From the IMG/VR virus record IMGVR_UViG_3300046786_000613: 64,000 nucleotides of DNA. One strand, 5' to 3'. Positions 28,726-38,779 of the stretch are shown here, piece by piece. Position 1 is the first letter of the stretch. Each line of letters begins with the position of its first letter. The translations under genes and the position numbers were made by a program. The notes under the pieces were generated by a model. It was not told where the DNA came from and did no database searches. It saw nothing but the letters and a program-made list of their open reading frames with translations. The DNA comes from an uncultured virus (IMG/VR IMGVR_UViG_3300046786_000613) (Duplodnaviria; Heunggongvirae; Uroviricota; Caudoviricetes).

Positions 28726-29313
28726 TTATTCATAACCTATTGCTTTACAAAACAAACCTTTACAAATTTCTGAATTTGCAGTTCCTTTTTGAATTGCTAC
28801 CAAAATGTAATTATCGGATGACAAAGAAAAAGTTGTTGAACCTTCAGCAGAAGTATAAGCCTGTTGGTCTGTACTTGCTTGTATAGCGGTGCTAAAAAAA
28901 TATAAATTACCACTTTGTAATCTGAAATATCTGAAGCCTTGAATATATATTTGATTACCTGCCACATTGGCAATAACTGCAATCAAAGTTGCACCTGTTA
29001 AAGTATTTGATGTATTGGTATAAATCCTAATTTGCCAAGTTGATGCCGTACCACCTGTATGACCTAATCTACAACCAAAATCAATTATACCTTTTGATGT
29101 AAATGTATTTGCAGGGATTAAAATAGAATAAGTGATTGAATTTGTTGTTGAGGTAATTTGAGTTCCTTCAGTTGGAATTATTTTACATAATTTCATTACG
29201 CCAAGTGAAGGAACATTATAGTTTCCACTTGCTAAAATAGAAGCATTATTAACTTTTTTTATGTTTGTGCCACTTAAAAGCGGACTTTGAACGCTTACAC
29301 CATTTATTTCCAT
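28726..29313 (-). CDS. Fibre/spike paralogue 3
   Basis: LLSGTNIKKVN, LIPANTF, LTGATLIA, DNYILV. Confidence 0.65.
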   Translation of the reverse strand: MEINGVSVQSPLLSGTNIKKVNNASILASGNYNVPSLGVMKLCKIIPTEGTQITSTTNSITYSILIPANTFTSKGIIDFGCRLGHTGGTASTWQIRIYTNTSNTLTGATLIAVIANVAGNQIYIQGFRYFRLQSGNLYFFSTAIQASTDQQAYTSAEGSTTFSLSSDNYILVAIQKGTANSEICKGLFCKAIGYE

Positions 29314-29318
29314 AATTT

Positions 29319-29909
29319 TTATTCGTAGCCTAATAATTTAACAAAAGTTGTTGATGCAACATCAGATGAAGTCAAAAATAGTTGAATTGAGATGATTAGG
29401 TAATTATCAACAGATAATACAAATGTGGTGTTACTTTCAATTGTTCCTGTTTGCATAGTATCGGTAAAAGACACTTGATTTGAAGTCATTCCATAAATCC
29501 TTCCTCCTGTGAGCCTATAAAATCTATTACCTTGCAAATAAATATTTGTTGATGAGGATGGTGATACAATAGTTGAAAGAGCAACTGAACCTGTTAATGA
29601 AGGTATTGTATTTTTTCCAATACGAATTGTCCAATTTGAACCTGTTCCTACTTTATTAAATCTAGTAGTCAAATCAAGAAATCCATCTGTGGTAAAAGTA
29701 TTTGCAGGTATTAAAGCGGCATAGGTCATCGTTGTGCTTAAACCTGTAACGGGTAAACCATTTGTTGTGTCTATTAAAGATAATTTTAATTGCGAAATGG
29801 CACTATTCAAATTAGCATTTCCACCATTTAATAAATTAATATTGTTTAGTGTTTTGATTGATGTGCCACTAACTAATTGTTCTTGAATTGGAAATCCATT
29901 TATATTCAT
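29319..29909 (-). CDS. Fibre/spike paralogue 2
   Basis: LVSGTSIKTLN, LIPANTF, DNYLII, ends GYE. Confidence 0.65.
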   Translation of the reverse strand: MNINGFPIQEQLVSGTSIKTLNNINLLNGGNANLNSAISQLKLSLIDTTNGLPVTGLSTTMTYAALIPANTFTTDGFLDLTTRFNKVGTGSNWTIRIGKNTIPSLTGSVALSTIVSPSSSTNIYLQGNRFYRLTGGRIYGMTSNQVSFTDTMQTGTIESNTTFVLSVDNYLIISIQLFLTSSDVASTTFVKLLGYE

Positions 29910-29917
29910 AATATTGA

Positions 29918-30511
29918 TTATTCGTAAGCAAACAATTTTAACATAGCACCCGAAATAGTATCTGAATTTGAGCCTAGTTTAACAGATATTAAAATGTAAT
30001 TATCTACATTAATATTGAAAGAAGTAGTAGATTCGGCTATTGTTGAGTTTGTATAATCTATGTAAGAAGCGGTTGAAAAAGGATATGCTCCAAGAATGCC
30101 ATTTGCTATTCTGAAGATTCTGTTATATTGACCATAAATATTTACTGCCGATAAAGCACTAAATCCTGTTGCAATCAAAGTTGCACCTGTTAAAGATGGT
30201 GTAGAATTTATATAAACAAAAGACGACATCGTAGAGGTTTGTCCTGTTTTAATTATTCTAGCCGTTAAATCTAAAATTCCTCCCGAACCAAAGGTATTTG
30301 CAGGAACGAGTGCTGAATATGTAATAGTTTCAGTAGTTGAAGAAACTACTGAAGTTCCTGTATTAGGTATTACTTCACAAAATTGAAAGCCATTTACACC
30401 TCCATTAACACTTAAATTACCACTACCTAATAGTGAAGAAGAATTAATGGTTTTAATATTTGTTCCACTAACTAATTCATCTTGAAAAGATACTCCGTTT
30501 ACACTTGCCAT
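29918..30511 (-). CDS. Fibre/spike paralogue 1
   Basis: LVSGTNIKTINSSSLLGSGN, LVPANTF, DNYILI. Confidence 0.65.
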   Translation of the reverse strand: MASVNGVSFQDELVSGTNIKTINSSSLLGSGNLSVNGGVNGFQFCEVIPNTGTSVVSSTTETITYSALVPANTFGSGGILDLTARIIKTGQTSTMSSFVYINSTPSLTGATLIATGFSALSAVNIYGQYNRIFRIANGILGAYPFSTASYIDYTNSTIAESTTSFNINVDNYILISVKLGSNSDTISGAMLKLFAYE

Positions 30512-30521
30512 TGTATTATTT

Positions 30522-33500
30522 TTAAATAACTATCCAAGTACAATCGGGGTCAAATCTAACAACTACTACATCAGTCCCATCGCATATATTGTGTCCAATC
30601 AATCTAACATAATTACCCGTAGAAGATGGTGCGGTTTCAGTTACACTTCCTGCCGTTCTTGAAACATATAATGGTGCACCATCTGTTGATGCTCCAATTT
30701 GTTCGTGATATGAAGTTGAATATATACCATTTAACAAAACAGAAAATTGTCCATCTGCGGTAACATTATCAAGAGCAATTCCAAGTAACAAACTTGCAGA
30801 AGAATTATCAGCATCAGCAAGTTCCCAAGTTCCATCCGCTCTCATATTACATAATTGACCTTGATTTGCGCTTCCACTTGATGTAAATGTTACATCTGTT
30901 AAAACAAGACCATTATAACGAGGCTCTGCCCATCCTTGAAAATTTGGGTATCTATTAACTTGTGAAGAACCCATTGTTGCAGTTGCTCCTGTAGATGCTA
31001 AACCACCCGAACCTGCCCAAAATGTTGAGCCATTCAACCAACGTAACGCACCACCGCCTCCATCTATTTCAGATGACCCAACTAAAGTTAATGTAGTTCC
31101 ATCAAAAGTTAAATTAGATTCAGCAGTTGCGCCTCCTGCTCCATCTGAAGTTAAAACTTCATTGTTAGCACCAGGAATTGAGCCTCCACCGCCCGTTGTG
31201 CCTTGCACTCCTTGAACGCCCTGCGAACCTGTGGTTCCTGTAACTCCTTGAAGTCCTTGCGCTCCAACGGCTCCTTGCGCTCCAACGGCTCCAACGGCTC
31301 CTGTTGAGCCTTGCGACCCTGTTAAACCAATAAGACCTTGAACGCCTTGAGTCCCCTGCGACCCTATAAGTCCACTAATTCCTTGAATGCCTTGCGACCC
31401 AACGGCTCCTGTTGACCCCTGCGCTCCAACGGCTCCTTGCGACCCAACGGCTCCTGTTGAGCCTTGCGACCCTGTCGCTCCGACCGAACCTTGTGAACCT
31501 AAAATTCCTTGAAGTCCTTGCGCCCCAACGGCTCCCTGTGACCCAACGGCTCCTGTTGACCCTTGCGACCCAACGGCTCCTGTTGACCCTTGCGACCCTG
31601 TCGCTCCGACCGAACCTTGTGAACCTAAAATTCCTTGAAGTCCTTGCGCCCCAACGGCTCCCTGTGACCCAACGGCTCCTGTTGAGCCTTGCGCTCCAAC
31701 GGCTCCTGTTGAGCCTTGCGAACCTGTGGCTCCGACCGAACCTTGCGAACCTAAAATTCCTTGAAGTCCTTGTGCTCCAACGGCTCCCTGTGCCCCAACG
31801 GCTCCTGTTGACCCTTGCGACCCAACGGCTCCTGTTGACCCTTGCGACCCTGTGGCTCCGACCGAACCTTGCGAACCTAAAATTCCTTGAAGTCCTTGTG
31901 CTCCAACGGCTCCCTGTGACCCAACGGCTCCTGTTGACCCTTGCGACCCAACGGCTCCTGTTGACCCTTGCGACCCTGTTAAACCAATAAGACCTTGAAC
32001 GCCTTGAGTCCCTTGCGACCCTATAAGACCAATAGTCCCTTGCGACCCTTGTGCTCCTATAGACCCTTGAAGTCCTACTGACCCTTGTGAACCTGTGGCT
32101 CCAACAGACCCTTGTGAACCTAAAATCCCTTGTAGACCTTGTGCTCCAATGGCTCCCTGTGACCCAACGGCTCCTGTTGACCCTTGTGACCCTGTGGCTC
32201 CAACAGACCCTTGTGACCCTAAAATTCCTTGTAGACCCTGCGCTCCAACGGCTCCTTGTGCTCCAACGGCTCCTGTTGAGCCTTGCGAACCTGTGGCTCC
32301 GACCGAACCTTGCGAACCTAAAATTCCTTGAAGTCCTTGCGCTCCAACGGCTCCCTGCGCTCCAACGGCTCCTGTAGACCCCTGTGCCCCAATGGCTCCC
32401 TGCGCTCCATTTACACCTGCCAATCCTTGCGCTCCAACGGCTCCCTGTAGTCCTGTGGCTCCCTGCGCTCCTATTGAACCTGCGGAACCTGTTAACCCTT
32501 GAACTCCTTGTAGACCTTGAGCACCATCTGCACCAATGCCTCCTTGAACGCCTTGTAGACCTTCTAATCCTTGAACGCCTTGAGAACCAATCGCCCCAAC
32601 AGACCCTTGCGACCCTTGAGTCCCTTGCGCTCCTATTGACCCTTGAAGTCCTACTGACCCTTGCGCTCCAACGGCTCCTTGCGACCCTGTGGCTCCAATT
32701 TGCCCTTGAACGCCTTGTGTCCCTTGTGAGCCGTTTAAACCAATTAAACCTTGTACTCCTTGAACGCCCTGTGAGCCGTTTAGACCTGTTGAGCCTTGAA
32801 GTCCTTGCGCTCCTGTTGAGCCTTGAAGTCCTACTGACCCTTGCGACCCTGTCGCTCCGACCGAACCTTGTGAACCTGTGGCTCCGACCGAGCCTTGTGC
32901 ACCTAAAATTCCTTGAAGTCCTTGCGCTCCAACGGCTCCTTGCGCTCCTAAAATTCCTTGAATGCCCTGTAGTCCTACAGACCCTTGCGACCCTATAAGA
33001 CCTTGAACGCCTTGAAGACCTTGTGCTCCAACGGCTCCTTGCGCTCCTAAAATTCCTTGAACACCCTGTATTCCTACAGACCCTTGCGACCCTATAAGAC
33101 CTTGAACGCCTTGAAGACCTTGAGCACCATCTGCACCAACTCTTCCTTGAAGTCCTTGAACGCCCTGTAGTCCTTGAGTCCCTTGAAGTCCCGAAGTTCC
33201 CTGCGTTCCTTGTAAAGTATAGGTAACTTGTATAACAGAAACAATCACGGATGGTGATAAAGGAATAACAACAGGTGTTGTTTCAGCAGGATGAGTTACT
33301 AAAGTTAAATTTAAAGATGAACCTGCCCAAAATAATTGAACATAATCGTTATCATTCTGTGCCGTTCCGACAAATACACAAGTAACTAATTGTTCTGATG
33401 GTTGTGTTGAACTTTTTCTTGGTGCGGTAGTTACTTCGGTAGTAGATGCAGTCCAATTATTTCCGTTGTATTTAATCCAAAAATTTGCATATTCAACTGC

Positions 33501-34052
33501 ATTAGCCGAATTATTTAATTGAATTACAAAAGATAATTGATACGTTCCTGCTTTGGCAAATGTAATACGATTTCCTCCTTGAATAGAAACTCCATTTGCT
33601 TCATAAGCAGATGAAATTGCGACTACTTGCTCTGAAGATGTGCTTAATAAAGGTTGGTCGGTATTGTCATAAAATCCACCATAATAGGCAATAGTACCAC
33701 CTGCACCCGTGTTACCTGTAGTTCCTTGAAGTCCTTGAAGTCCTTGAAGTCCTTGCGCTCCAACGGCTCCCTGTGACCCAACGGCTCCCTGTGACCCAAA
33801 TGACCCCTGCGCTCCAACGGCTCCCTGCGCTCCAACGGCTCCTTGCGACCCATTAATTCCCGATATTCCTTGAAGTCCTTGTGTCCCTTGAACACCTTGT
33901 CCTGCAAATTGACCATCAAGACCTTGAACGCCTTGAACGCCTTGAACACCTTGAACACCTTGAAGACCTTGAACGCCCTGTGCGCCCGTTGCTCCATAAT
34001 CTCCACCTCCGAATACCGCAAATGCCCTATTTTGGCTATCAACTCCGTTCAT
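30522..34052 (-). CDS. Collagen-like fibre protein
   Basis: Two Gly-X-Y tracts (GxQ-rich) separated by a C1q/BclA-C-like beta domain; C-terminal globular domain. Confidence 0.85.
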   Translation of the reverse strand: MNGVDSQNRAFAVFGGGDYGATGAQGVQGLQGVQGVQGVQGVQGLDGQFAGQGVQGTQGLQGISGINGSQGAVGAQGAVGAQGSFGSQGAVGSQGAVGAQGLQGLQGLQGTTGNTGAGGTIAYYGGFYDNTDQPLLSTSSEQVVAISSAYEANGVSIQGGNRITFAKAGTYQLSFVIQLNNSANAVEYANFWIKYNGNNWTASTTEVTTAPRKSSTQPSEQLVTCVFVGTAQNDNDYVQLFWAGSSLNLTLVTHPAETTPVVIPLSPSVIVSVIQVTYTLQGTQGTSGLQGTQGLQGVQGLQGRVGADGAQGLQGVQGLIGSQGSVGIQGVQGILGAQGAVGAQGLQGVQGLIGSQGSVGLQGIQGILGAQGAVGAQGLQGILGAQGSVGATGSQGSVGATGSQGSVGLQGSTGAQGLQGSTGLNGSQGVQGVQGLIGLNGSQGTQGVQGQIGATGSQGAVGAQGSVGLQGSIGAQGTQGSQGSVGAIGSQGVQGLEGLQGVQGGIGADGAQGLQGVQGLTGSAGSIGAQGATGLQGAVGAQGLAGVNGAQGAIGAQGSTGAVGAQGAVGAQGLQGILGSQGSVGATGSQGSTGAVGAQGAVGAQGLQGILGSQGSVGATGSQGSTGAVGSQGAIGAQGLQGILGSQGSVGATGSQGSVGLQGSIGAQGSQGTIGLIGSQGTQGVQGLIGLTGSQGSTGAVGSQGSTGAVGSQGAVGAQGLQGILGSQGSVGATGSQGSTGAVGSQGSTGAVGAQGAVGAQGLQGILGSQGSVGATGSQGSTGAVGAQGSTGAVGSQGAVGAQGLQGILGSQGSVGATGSQGSTGAVGSQGSTGAVGSQGAVGAQGLQGILGSQGSVGATGSQGSTGAVGSQGAVGAQGSTGAVGSQGIQGISGLIGSQGTQGVQGLIGLTGSQGSTGAVGAVGAQGAVGAQGLQGVTGTTGSQGVQGVQGTTGGGGSIPGANNEVLTSDGAGGATAESNLTFDGTTLTLVGSSEIDGGGGALRWLNGSTFWAGSGGLASTGATATMGSSQVNRYPNFQGWAEPRYNGLVLTDVTFTSSGSANQGQLCNMRADGTWELADADNSSASLLLGIALDNVTADGQFSVLLNGIYSTSYHEQIGASTDGAPLYVSRTAGSVTETAPSSTGNYVRLIGHNICDGTDVVVVRFDPDCTWIVI
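31195..33210. repeat. Nested 9/18-bp-unit coding tandem repeats (collagen)
   Basis: Recurrent CCAACGGCTCC and CCTTGCGACCC units with larger duplicated blocks. Confidence 0.9.
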
Positions 34053-34103
34053 TTCTTAATATATAAAATGCTCAAAACCTAATAACCCCGACAATTGGTG
34101 TTA

Positions 34104-34325
34104 TTAGATTAGAGATAATTCTTTAAATTGTTGTTCTGACAAATAGCCATAAAACCAATGTTTAGTCATTAAACTTCGGATATATTTTATGCTACTATCC
34201 TTAATTCTTGCTTCGTTTTCTGTGAGTTTTTTCTTTTTACTCAACGAATTAATTAAATCTTTGCATTCAAAAGCGGATGCAATGATTTTTTCTGTTTCAG
34301 CGTGACTATAAATTTGATTTGACAT
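34104..34325 (-). CDS. Hypothetical protein
   Basis: Coupled ORF. Confidence 0.5.
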   Translation of the reverse strand: MSNQIYSHAETEKIIASAFECKDLINSLSKKKKLTENEARIKDSSIKYIRSLMTKHWFYGYLSEQQFKELSLI

Positions 34326-34933
34326 TAGGCTAATAGTATTTTTCTTTCTATTCCATTAATGACAACTGACCAAGTATTTGTGCTATTCAGTTGTTCTTGT
34401 TTTACTTCTCCTGCTTCACAAGTTGCTGAACCTATGACCATTTGATTGTCTTTATTTGCTTGAGCATCATTACCGATAACAATTGAGTTATTTATGTTGC
34501 CTAAACTGACACCTGCGCCATTTCCAATAAATATATTCCCATTACCTATTGAAACATTTTTTCCTGCTTGAAAACCAAACGCAACATTATTACATCCTAA
34601 AGTCAAATTATCAAATGTAAATGCACCAAATGCCGTGTTTTCTGAACCCATCCAATTGAACAACATAGACTCAAAACCAAACGAGGTATTTGAATCACTT
34701 TCTGTTGATAATTGACTTCTATGTCCAAAAGCCGTATTTTGTTTTGATGTATCTATTAATCCCGACAATGCTGAATTACCAAAAGATGTATTACCTACAC
34801 CTTTGGCACTTGCTACATTTGATGACCCTCCGTTTGAACCTCCAAACAAAGCACCAAAACTTGTTTTATCAGTTAATGTAAAATTTGCGATACTTGCCAA
34901 AGCATTTATCACTTCTTCATTTGATGCCGACAT
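34325..34933 (-). CDS. YadA-head-like beta-roll adhesin/fibre protein
   Basis: NTSFG/NTAFG/NVAFG/NIFIG/SIVIG ~14-aa repeats. Confidence 0.7.
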   Translation of the reverse strand: MSASNEEVINALASIANFTLTDKTSFGALFGGSNGGSSNVASAKGVGNTSFGNSALSGLIDTSKQNTAFGHRSQLSTESDSNTSFGFESMLFNWMGSENTAFGAFTFDNLTLGCNNVAFGFQAGKNVSIGNGNIFIGNGAGVSLGNINNSIVIGNDAQANKDNQMVIGSATCEAGEVKQEQLNSTNTWSVVINGIERKILLA

Positions 34934-34942
34934 AACTTCGTT

Positions 34943-35191
34943 TTAAGAGTAAATAACTTGAGCATTCATATTTGTGCCTGTCATTTTAATTGGAGGCAAT
35001 ACGAAACCTACATTGGCACTAATCATCAAAGTTTGACCTGTTGTCAAAGTAATTGATGTAACACCATCGTTTGTGCTAATGAAAAGTGGGTCATTACTTT
35101 GATTGATTACAGAAAATGTATTCAAGTTTGGTAATATCGTAGGAGAAGCCGTAAACGACTCGCAAATCATATTTTGGATTGGTATAGACAT
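34943..35191 (-). CDS. Small all-beta structural protein
   Basis: FSVINQSNDPLFIS...ITLTTGQTL; heads the fibre module. Confidence 0.5.
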   Translation of the reverse strand: MSIPIQNMICESFTASPTILPNLNTFSVINQSNDPLFISTNDGVTSITLTTGQTLMISANVGFVLPPIKMTGTNMNAQVIYS

Positions 35192-35202
35192 ATCTTTTTA
35201 TT

Positions 35203-35613
35203 TTAATCACCCATATCACCAAACAGGTAATCAAACGTGATTGGTTTAACAGGTTTTACACCTTCAAAAAAATAAAGGTTTGGTTTAGTTTGCTCTTCTT
35301 TCTGCTTGTAAATGAGAATACTTAAATCCTCAAATCCACAACCTTGTTCTCTGCGTAATTTTCGTAAAGAACTCGCTATGAAAGGAGTAGCAATAATTTC
35401 CCTACCTAAAAAATCAAGTTTCACATTCAAGATTTGATTGAATGTTACTTCTTTTTTTACTTTGTTGTTTACCAACACTTTATAGATTGGCGAACAATTT
35501 TCATCTGATGCGTTAATCATCAGTTGTGTTTCTGTTTCTGCTACTCCAAATTCTTGAGAGAAATTCTTGATAGCATTCAACATAATGTTTGAAGTCGTTT
35601 TTTGGATGTCCAT
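35203..35613 (-). CDS. Hypothetical protein
   Basis: ORF with CAAACCAA leader. Confidence 0.6.
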   Translation of the reverse strand: MDIQKTTSNIMLNAIKNFSQEFGVAETETQLMINASDENCSPIYKVLVNNKVKKEVTFNQILNVKLDFLGREIIATPFIASSLRKLRREQGCGFEDLSILIYKQKEEQTKPNLYFFEGVKPVKPITFDYLFGDMGD

Positions 35614-35637
35614 ATTTACTTGGTTTGTAGCGTAAAT

Positions 35638-36120
35638 TTAGATAAAATCCTTGACTTTGTATGTGTATGAATAAGGTATTTTGTTTATGCGAATAAGTCC
35701 TTTCTTGAATCCGAAATAACCTCTTTGCTCAATCGTGCTATTCTTAACGCTTTCAAGCAATCCTGTTAGTACGTTTCCTTTGACAAATTTTGCAGGGTCA
35801 ATGGTTACTTTCATTTGCAAATAAGTTGTACCACCATCTTTTTCAAGATATTGATTCAAAGAAGCATTTTGAATTACCGCAACTCTTTCACCATTCAAGA
35901 ATATATCAAAATAGTAATTGGTTAACGTAGCCGAAATTGATGAGTTATTAATAATCTCAACATCAAGAAGCAATTCAACTTCTTTTAACGAAACTTTGGT
36001 AATTGTAATACCTGCAAGTTCGTATTTATACCTGTACAAAATTGATGCTTGGGTGGTGTAATATTGATATAGACCATACCCTAAACCTAATGCACCAATA
36101 GCAACGAATACCTTTTTCAT
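35638..36120 (-). CDS. LEA_2/WHy-domain membrane protein
   Basis: N-terminal TM; VEIINNSSISATLTNYYFDIFLNGERVA. Confidence 0.7.
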   Translation of the reverse strand: MKKVFVAIGALGLGYGLYQYYTTQASILYRYKYELAGITITKVSLKEVELLLDVEIINNSSISATLTNYYFDIFLNGERVAVIQNASLNQYLEKDGGTTYLQMKVTIDPAKFVKGNVLTGLLESVKNSTIEQRGYFGFKKGLIRINKIPYSYTYKVKDFI

Positions 36121-36123
36121 TTG

Positions 36124-36477
36124 TTATTTTTTAAATTTTTTGTAGATAAAAAACCCACCTAATAAAACCACCAAACCAACACCAACATAAATAATCATCT
36201 TTTTCTTTGAAGACGATTCACTTGGAGTCGTATTACTCGTTGATTTTGTGGTCAATGTAACATCCACATTAACTGAAGAAGGGTTTTTATACTTTGTTAA
36301 ATCGTAGGTATTTACATTATATCCGTTTTTTGTAAACGTCAATTTTGTTTTCTCCGTTTTTAACTCGTAATAACCATCTTCATTGGTCTTTACATTCTGA
36401 ACACCATCAGAAACAACAACATCCTTGATGCCATTGTCTGATGAATCATTTACATTACCGATTATATCGTAAGCCAT
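36124..36477 (-). CDS. Carboxypeptidase-regulatory-like (prealbumin fold) domain with C-terminal TM
   Basis: IIGNVND...GIKDVVVSDG..VKTNEDGYY...FTKNGY; likely start MAYD. Confidence 0.65.
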   Translation of the reverse strand: MAYDIIGNVNDSSDNGIKDVVVSDGVQNVKTNEDGYYELKTEKTKLTFTKNGYNVNTYDLTKYKNPSSVNVDVTLTTKSTSNTTPSESSSKKKMIIYVGVGLVVLLGGFFIYKKFKK

Positions 36478-36478
36478 C

Positions 36479-36925
36479 TTATTTACGTTTTTTGTAATAC
36501 CAATAACCGCCACCAATTACTGCAACACCAAGAACGATATAAATCCAATTGTTTCCAAACCAAGAACTTGACTCGTATTGATTTTTGGTTGTTGGGTCTG
36601 TTCCTGCATCTGTATCGGTAGGTGTTGTTTCACCACTTTTCAAACCTTTTCTTGTTGCTTTACGCTCTTGTCGTCTTGCTTTGGCTTTCTTACCAAGAAA
36701 ACTATCAAATTCGGTATTTCCATCCAAATCATTAACAAAGTCAAATGAATTGTCATCACCTGCCTCAATCATACTTGGGCGATTACCTGTGAAGTCAAAT
36801 GAATTGTCATCACCTGCCTCAATCATACTTGGGCGATTACCTGTAAAATCAAATCCACGATTAAATTCATCTTGAGTGATTACATCTCTTTCATCACCAT
36901 TAAAATTTGCGCTACATCCACACAT
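36479..36925 (-). CDS. Membrane virion protein with FxG-rich acidic N-terminus
   Basis: NFNG, 2x DFTG, SFLG then a basic stretch; C-terminal TM. Confidence 0.65.
   Translation of the reverse strand: MCGCSANFNGDERDVITQDEFNRGFDFTGNRPSMIEAGDDNSFDFTGNRPSMIEAGDDNSFDFVNDLDGNTEFDSFLGKKAKARRQERKATRKGLKSGETTPTDTDAGTDPTTKNQYESSSWFGNNWIYIVLGVAVIGGGYWYYKKRK
36738..36844. repeat. In-frame tandem duplication, 54-bp period
   Basis: Two identical 53-nt copies, 36738-36790 and 36792-36844. Confidence 0.9.
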
Positions 36926-36926
36926 T

Positions 36927-37865
36927 TTATTTCTTTTTTAAGTTTTTACTAATTAAAAATATCGCAACTAATGCAATACCACCGATAACGACATATTTTA
37001 TAATGTCTTTATTCAATTTGCTACCTTCAGCCTCATCAAGTAATTTCAATGCTGAATCCTTTTCTTCTTGAGTAAGATTAGGGTCATTAATGATTGTATT
37101 TCTTGGGTCTGTTTCTGCTTTTATTCTTTTCTCTTCAAGAGCAATTTTGTCTTTTTCTGCTTGAGATAATGTTTCATTTTCTTTATTAGCAACTCTTTCA
37201 GCAGATTTAATTTCTTTGTTTTTACTTGAACTAACAACAACTGCACTTAAAATACCTCCCATTGCCGTAATTATAACACTTGCATTAGCCACAATAGTTG
37301 CAATAATTCCTTCTTCTACCCCTGTTGGATAGTAATGAGGTTCTCCCGAAAAACTGCTTTTCTTTTCAATTAATTGTCGTTTACAGGCTTTACCACAGAA
37401 AAAAGGTTTTTTACCCTTACCTGCATTAACCGCTTCAATTAATTTATCTAAATCACCACCTAAACCATACCATTTTTCTTGTAGTTTAGTTTTTAGGTTG
37501 GCATCAGTACCATTTAAAATTGCATCAATTTTCCAAGCAAGACCACGATAATTCAAACGTAATAAAGCAATGAATGCACCTCTTGGAGTAACAAGACTAA
37601 CTCTTAAAACTTTATGTGATAATTCACGTTGTCTTGGTGTCATTGGTGTTTTGTCCCTTGCTTGTTTTCTTGCCTCTTTTCTTGACAAACCACTTGCACG
37701 ACCTTCTCGTTTTAAATCCCTACGTTGTTTACTTCTTTTAGTCAAGAAATTATCGTATTGGTCATCGCCAATAAACTCATAACCTTCTTGCAAAGGCTTC
37801 AAAGGCTTCCACGCACCATTTACATCGGTTGTGCTTTCTTCTACTGCGTTTGAATAATGTTTCAT
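36927..37865 (-). CDS. Membrane virion protein
   Basis: YSNA, EFIG and SFSG motifs; internal and C-terminal hydrophobic helices. Confidence 0.65.
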   Translation of the reverse strand: MKHYSNAVEESTTDVNGAWKPLKPLQEGYEFIGDDQYDNFLTKRSKQRRDLKREGRASGLSRKEARKQARDKTPMTPRQRELSHKVLRVSLVTPRGAFIALLRLNYRGLAWKIDAILNGTDANLKTKLQEKWYGLGGDLDKLIEAVNAGKGKKPFFCGKACKRQLIEKKSSFSGEPHYYPTGVEEGIIATIVANASVIITAMGGILSAVVVSSSKNKEIKSAERVANKENETLSQAEKDKIALEEKRIKAETDPRNTIINDPNLTQEEKDSALKLLDEAEGSKLNKDIIKYVVIGGIALVAIFLISKNLKKK

Positions 37866-37874
37866 AGTTAAGTA

Positions 37875-38327
37875 TTAGTCTTGAATACCGCCATCAAAAT
37901 CAAGATGACTTGTGTTTTCATCATCTAAACCATTAAAAGAAATCAATCCTTGACTTCTCAATTCTGCTTTTAATTTATCCTTGCAGTTATCCCAATTATT
38001 TCTTGCTTGTTTTCTGAAAGAAGGTGGCGTTACTCCACAAGCCTTTAATACTCTTGAAGTTACCTCAAAATTAGATAGTTTGGCAGTAGATGTTCCTGTT
38101 GTAGTTGTAGTTGTAGTTGTAGTTGTTCCCGTTCCACTACCGCTTCCTGTTCCTGTTCCTGTTCCCGTTCCTGCGCCTGTTCCGCTTCCACTTCCGCTAC
38201 CTGCGCCTGTATCAACGGGTGCTTCATCTTGTGTTTCTGCTTTTTTCTTACGCAAATAAAGGAATAAAACTGCACCAACTGCAATTGCACCACCAATCAA
38301 TAATTTTTTGTTTTTCATTTTAATCAA
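37875..38327 (-). CDS. Membrane protein with Gly/Thr linker
   Basis: N-terminal TM; ends SFNG..LDFDGGIQD. Confidence 0.65.
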   Translation of the reverse strand: MIKMKNKKLLIGGAIAVGAVLFLYLRKKKAETQDEAPVDTGAGSGSGSGTGAGTGTGTGTGSGSGTGTTTTTTTTTTGTSTAKLSNFEVTSRVLKACGVTPPSFRKQARNNWDNCKDKLKAELRSQGLISFNGLDDENTSHLDFDGGIQD

Positions 38328-38332
38328 TTTAA

Positions 38333-38779
38333 TTAATTTTCAATATGACCATCAAAGTCAAGACCACTTGGACTGCGGAAACTTCCATCAAATTTTGCGA
38401 AAGAAGTATCTCTTGATACAGGTGACACCATAGGTTTTGATACAGGTGACACCATAGGTTTCGATACAGGAGATACCGAAGGTAGTGGAGTAAATAAAGG
38501 TCTTGTTGTATTTACAGGTGCACTTGCATAAACAGGTGCAGTCATAACTACAGGTGTAATAAGGGGTGTTGCGCCACCAAGTGAATTTGGATTTATACCT
38601 CCTCCTGCACTTCTAATTGCACCACCACCGCCTGTTGAGCCATCTTCTGAACCTGCATCGCTTCCGCCTGTTTCTTTCAAAACTTGTTGATTATTTTTGC
38701 GATTACGCAACCAAAGTAGAAGTAAAATACCTACTCCTACGCCAATAATTATTTTTTCGTTCTTTTTCATATTAATCAA
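38333..38779 (-). CDS. Membrane protein with Pro-rich repeats
   Basis: N-terminal TM; SPVSKPMV x2; ends KFDG..LDFDGHIEN. Confidence 0.65.
   Translation of the reverse strand: MINMKKNEKIIIGVGVGILLLLWLRNRKNNQQVLKETGGSDAGSEDGSTGGGGAIRSAGGGINPNSLGGATPLITPVVMTAPVYASAPVNTTRPLFTPLPSVSPVSKPMVSPVSKPMVSPVSRDTSFAKFDGSFRSPSGLDFDGHIEN

Noticed and set aside
28726..30511. DGR target/template repeats or an invertible shufflon
   Set aside because: Paralogues diverge throughout rather than at adenines; no reverse transcriptase, invertase or crossover sites seen
31412..32998. Plus-strand ORFs with LQRLL or PCDP repeats
   Set aside because: Antisense shadows of the collagen gene
31195..33990. Dense repeats as a CRISPR array or satellite
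   Set aside because: No unique spacers; periodicity is in multiples of 9 nt and is fully explained by Gly-X-Y coding on the minus strand
36738..36844. Mini CRISPR array
   Set aside because: Copies are adjacent with no spacer and in frame within a CDS
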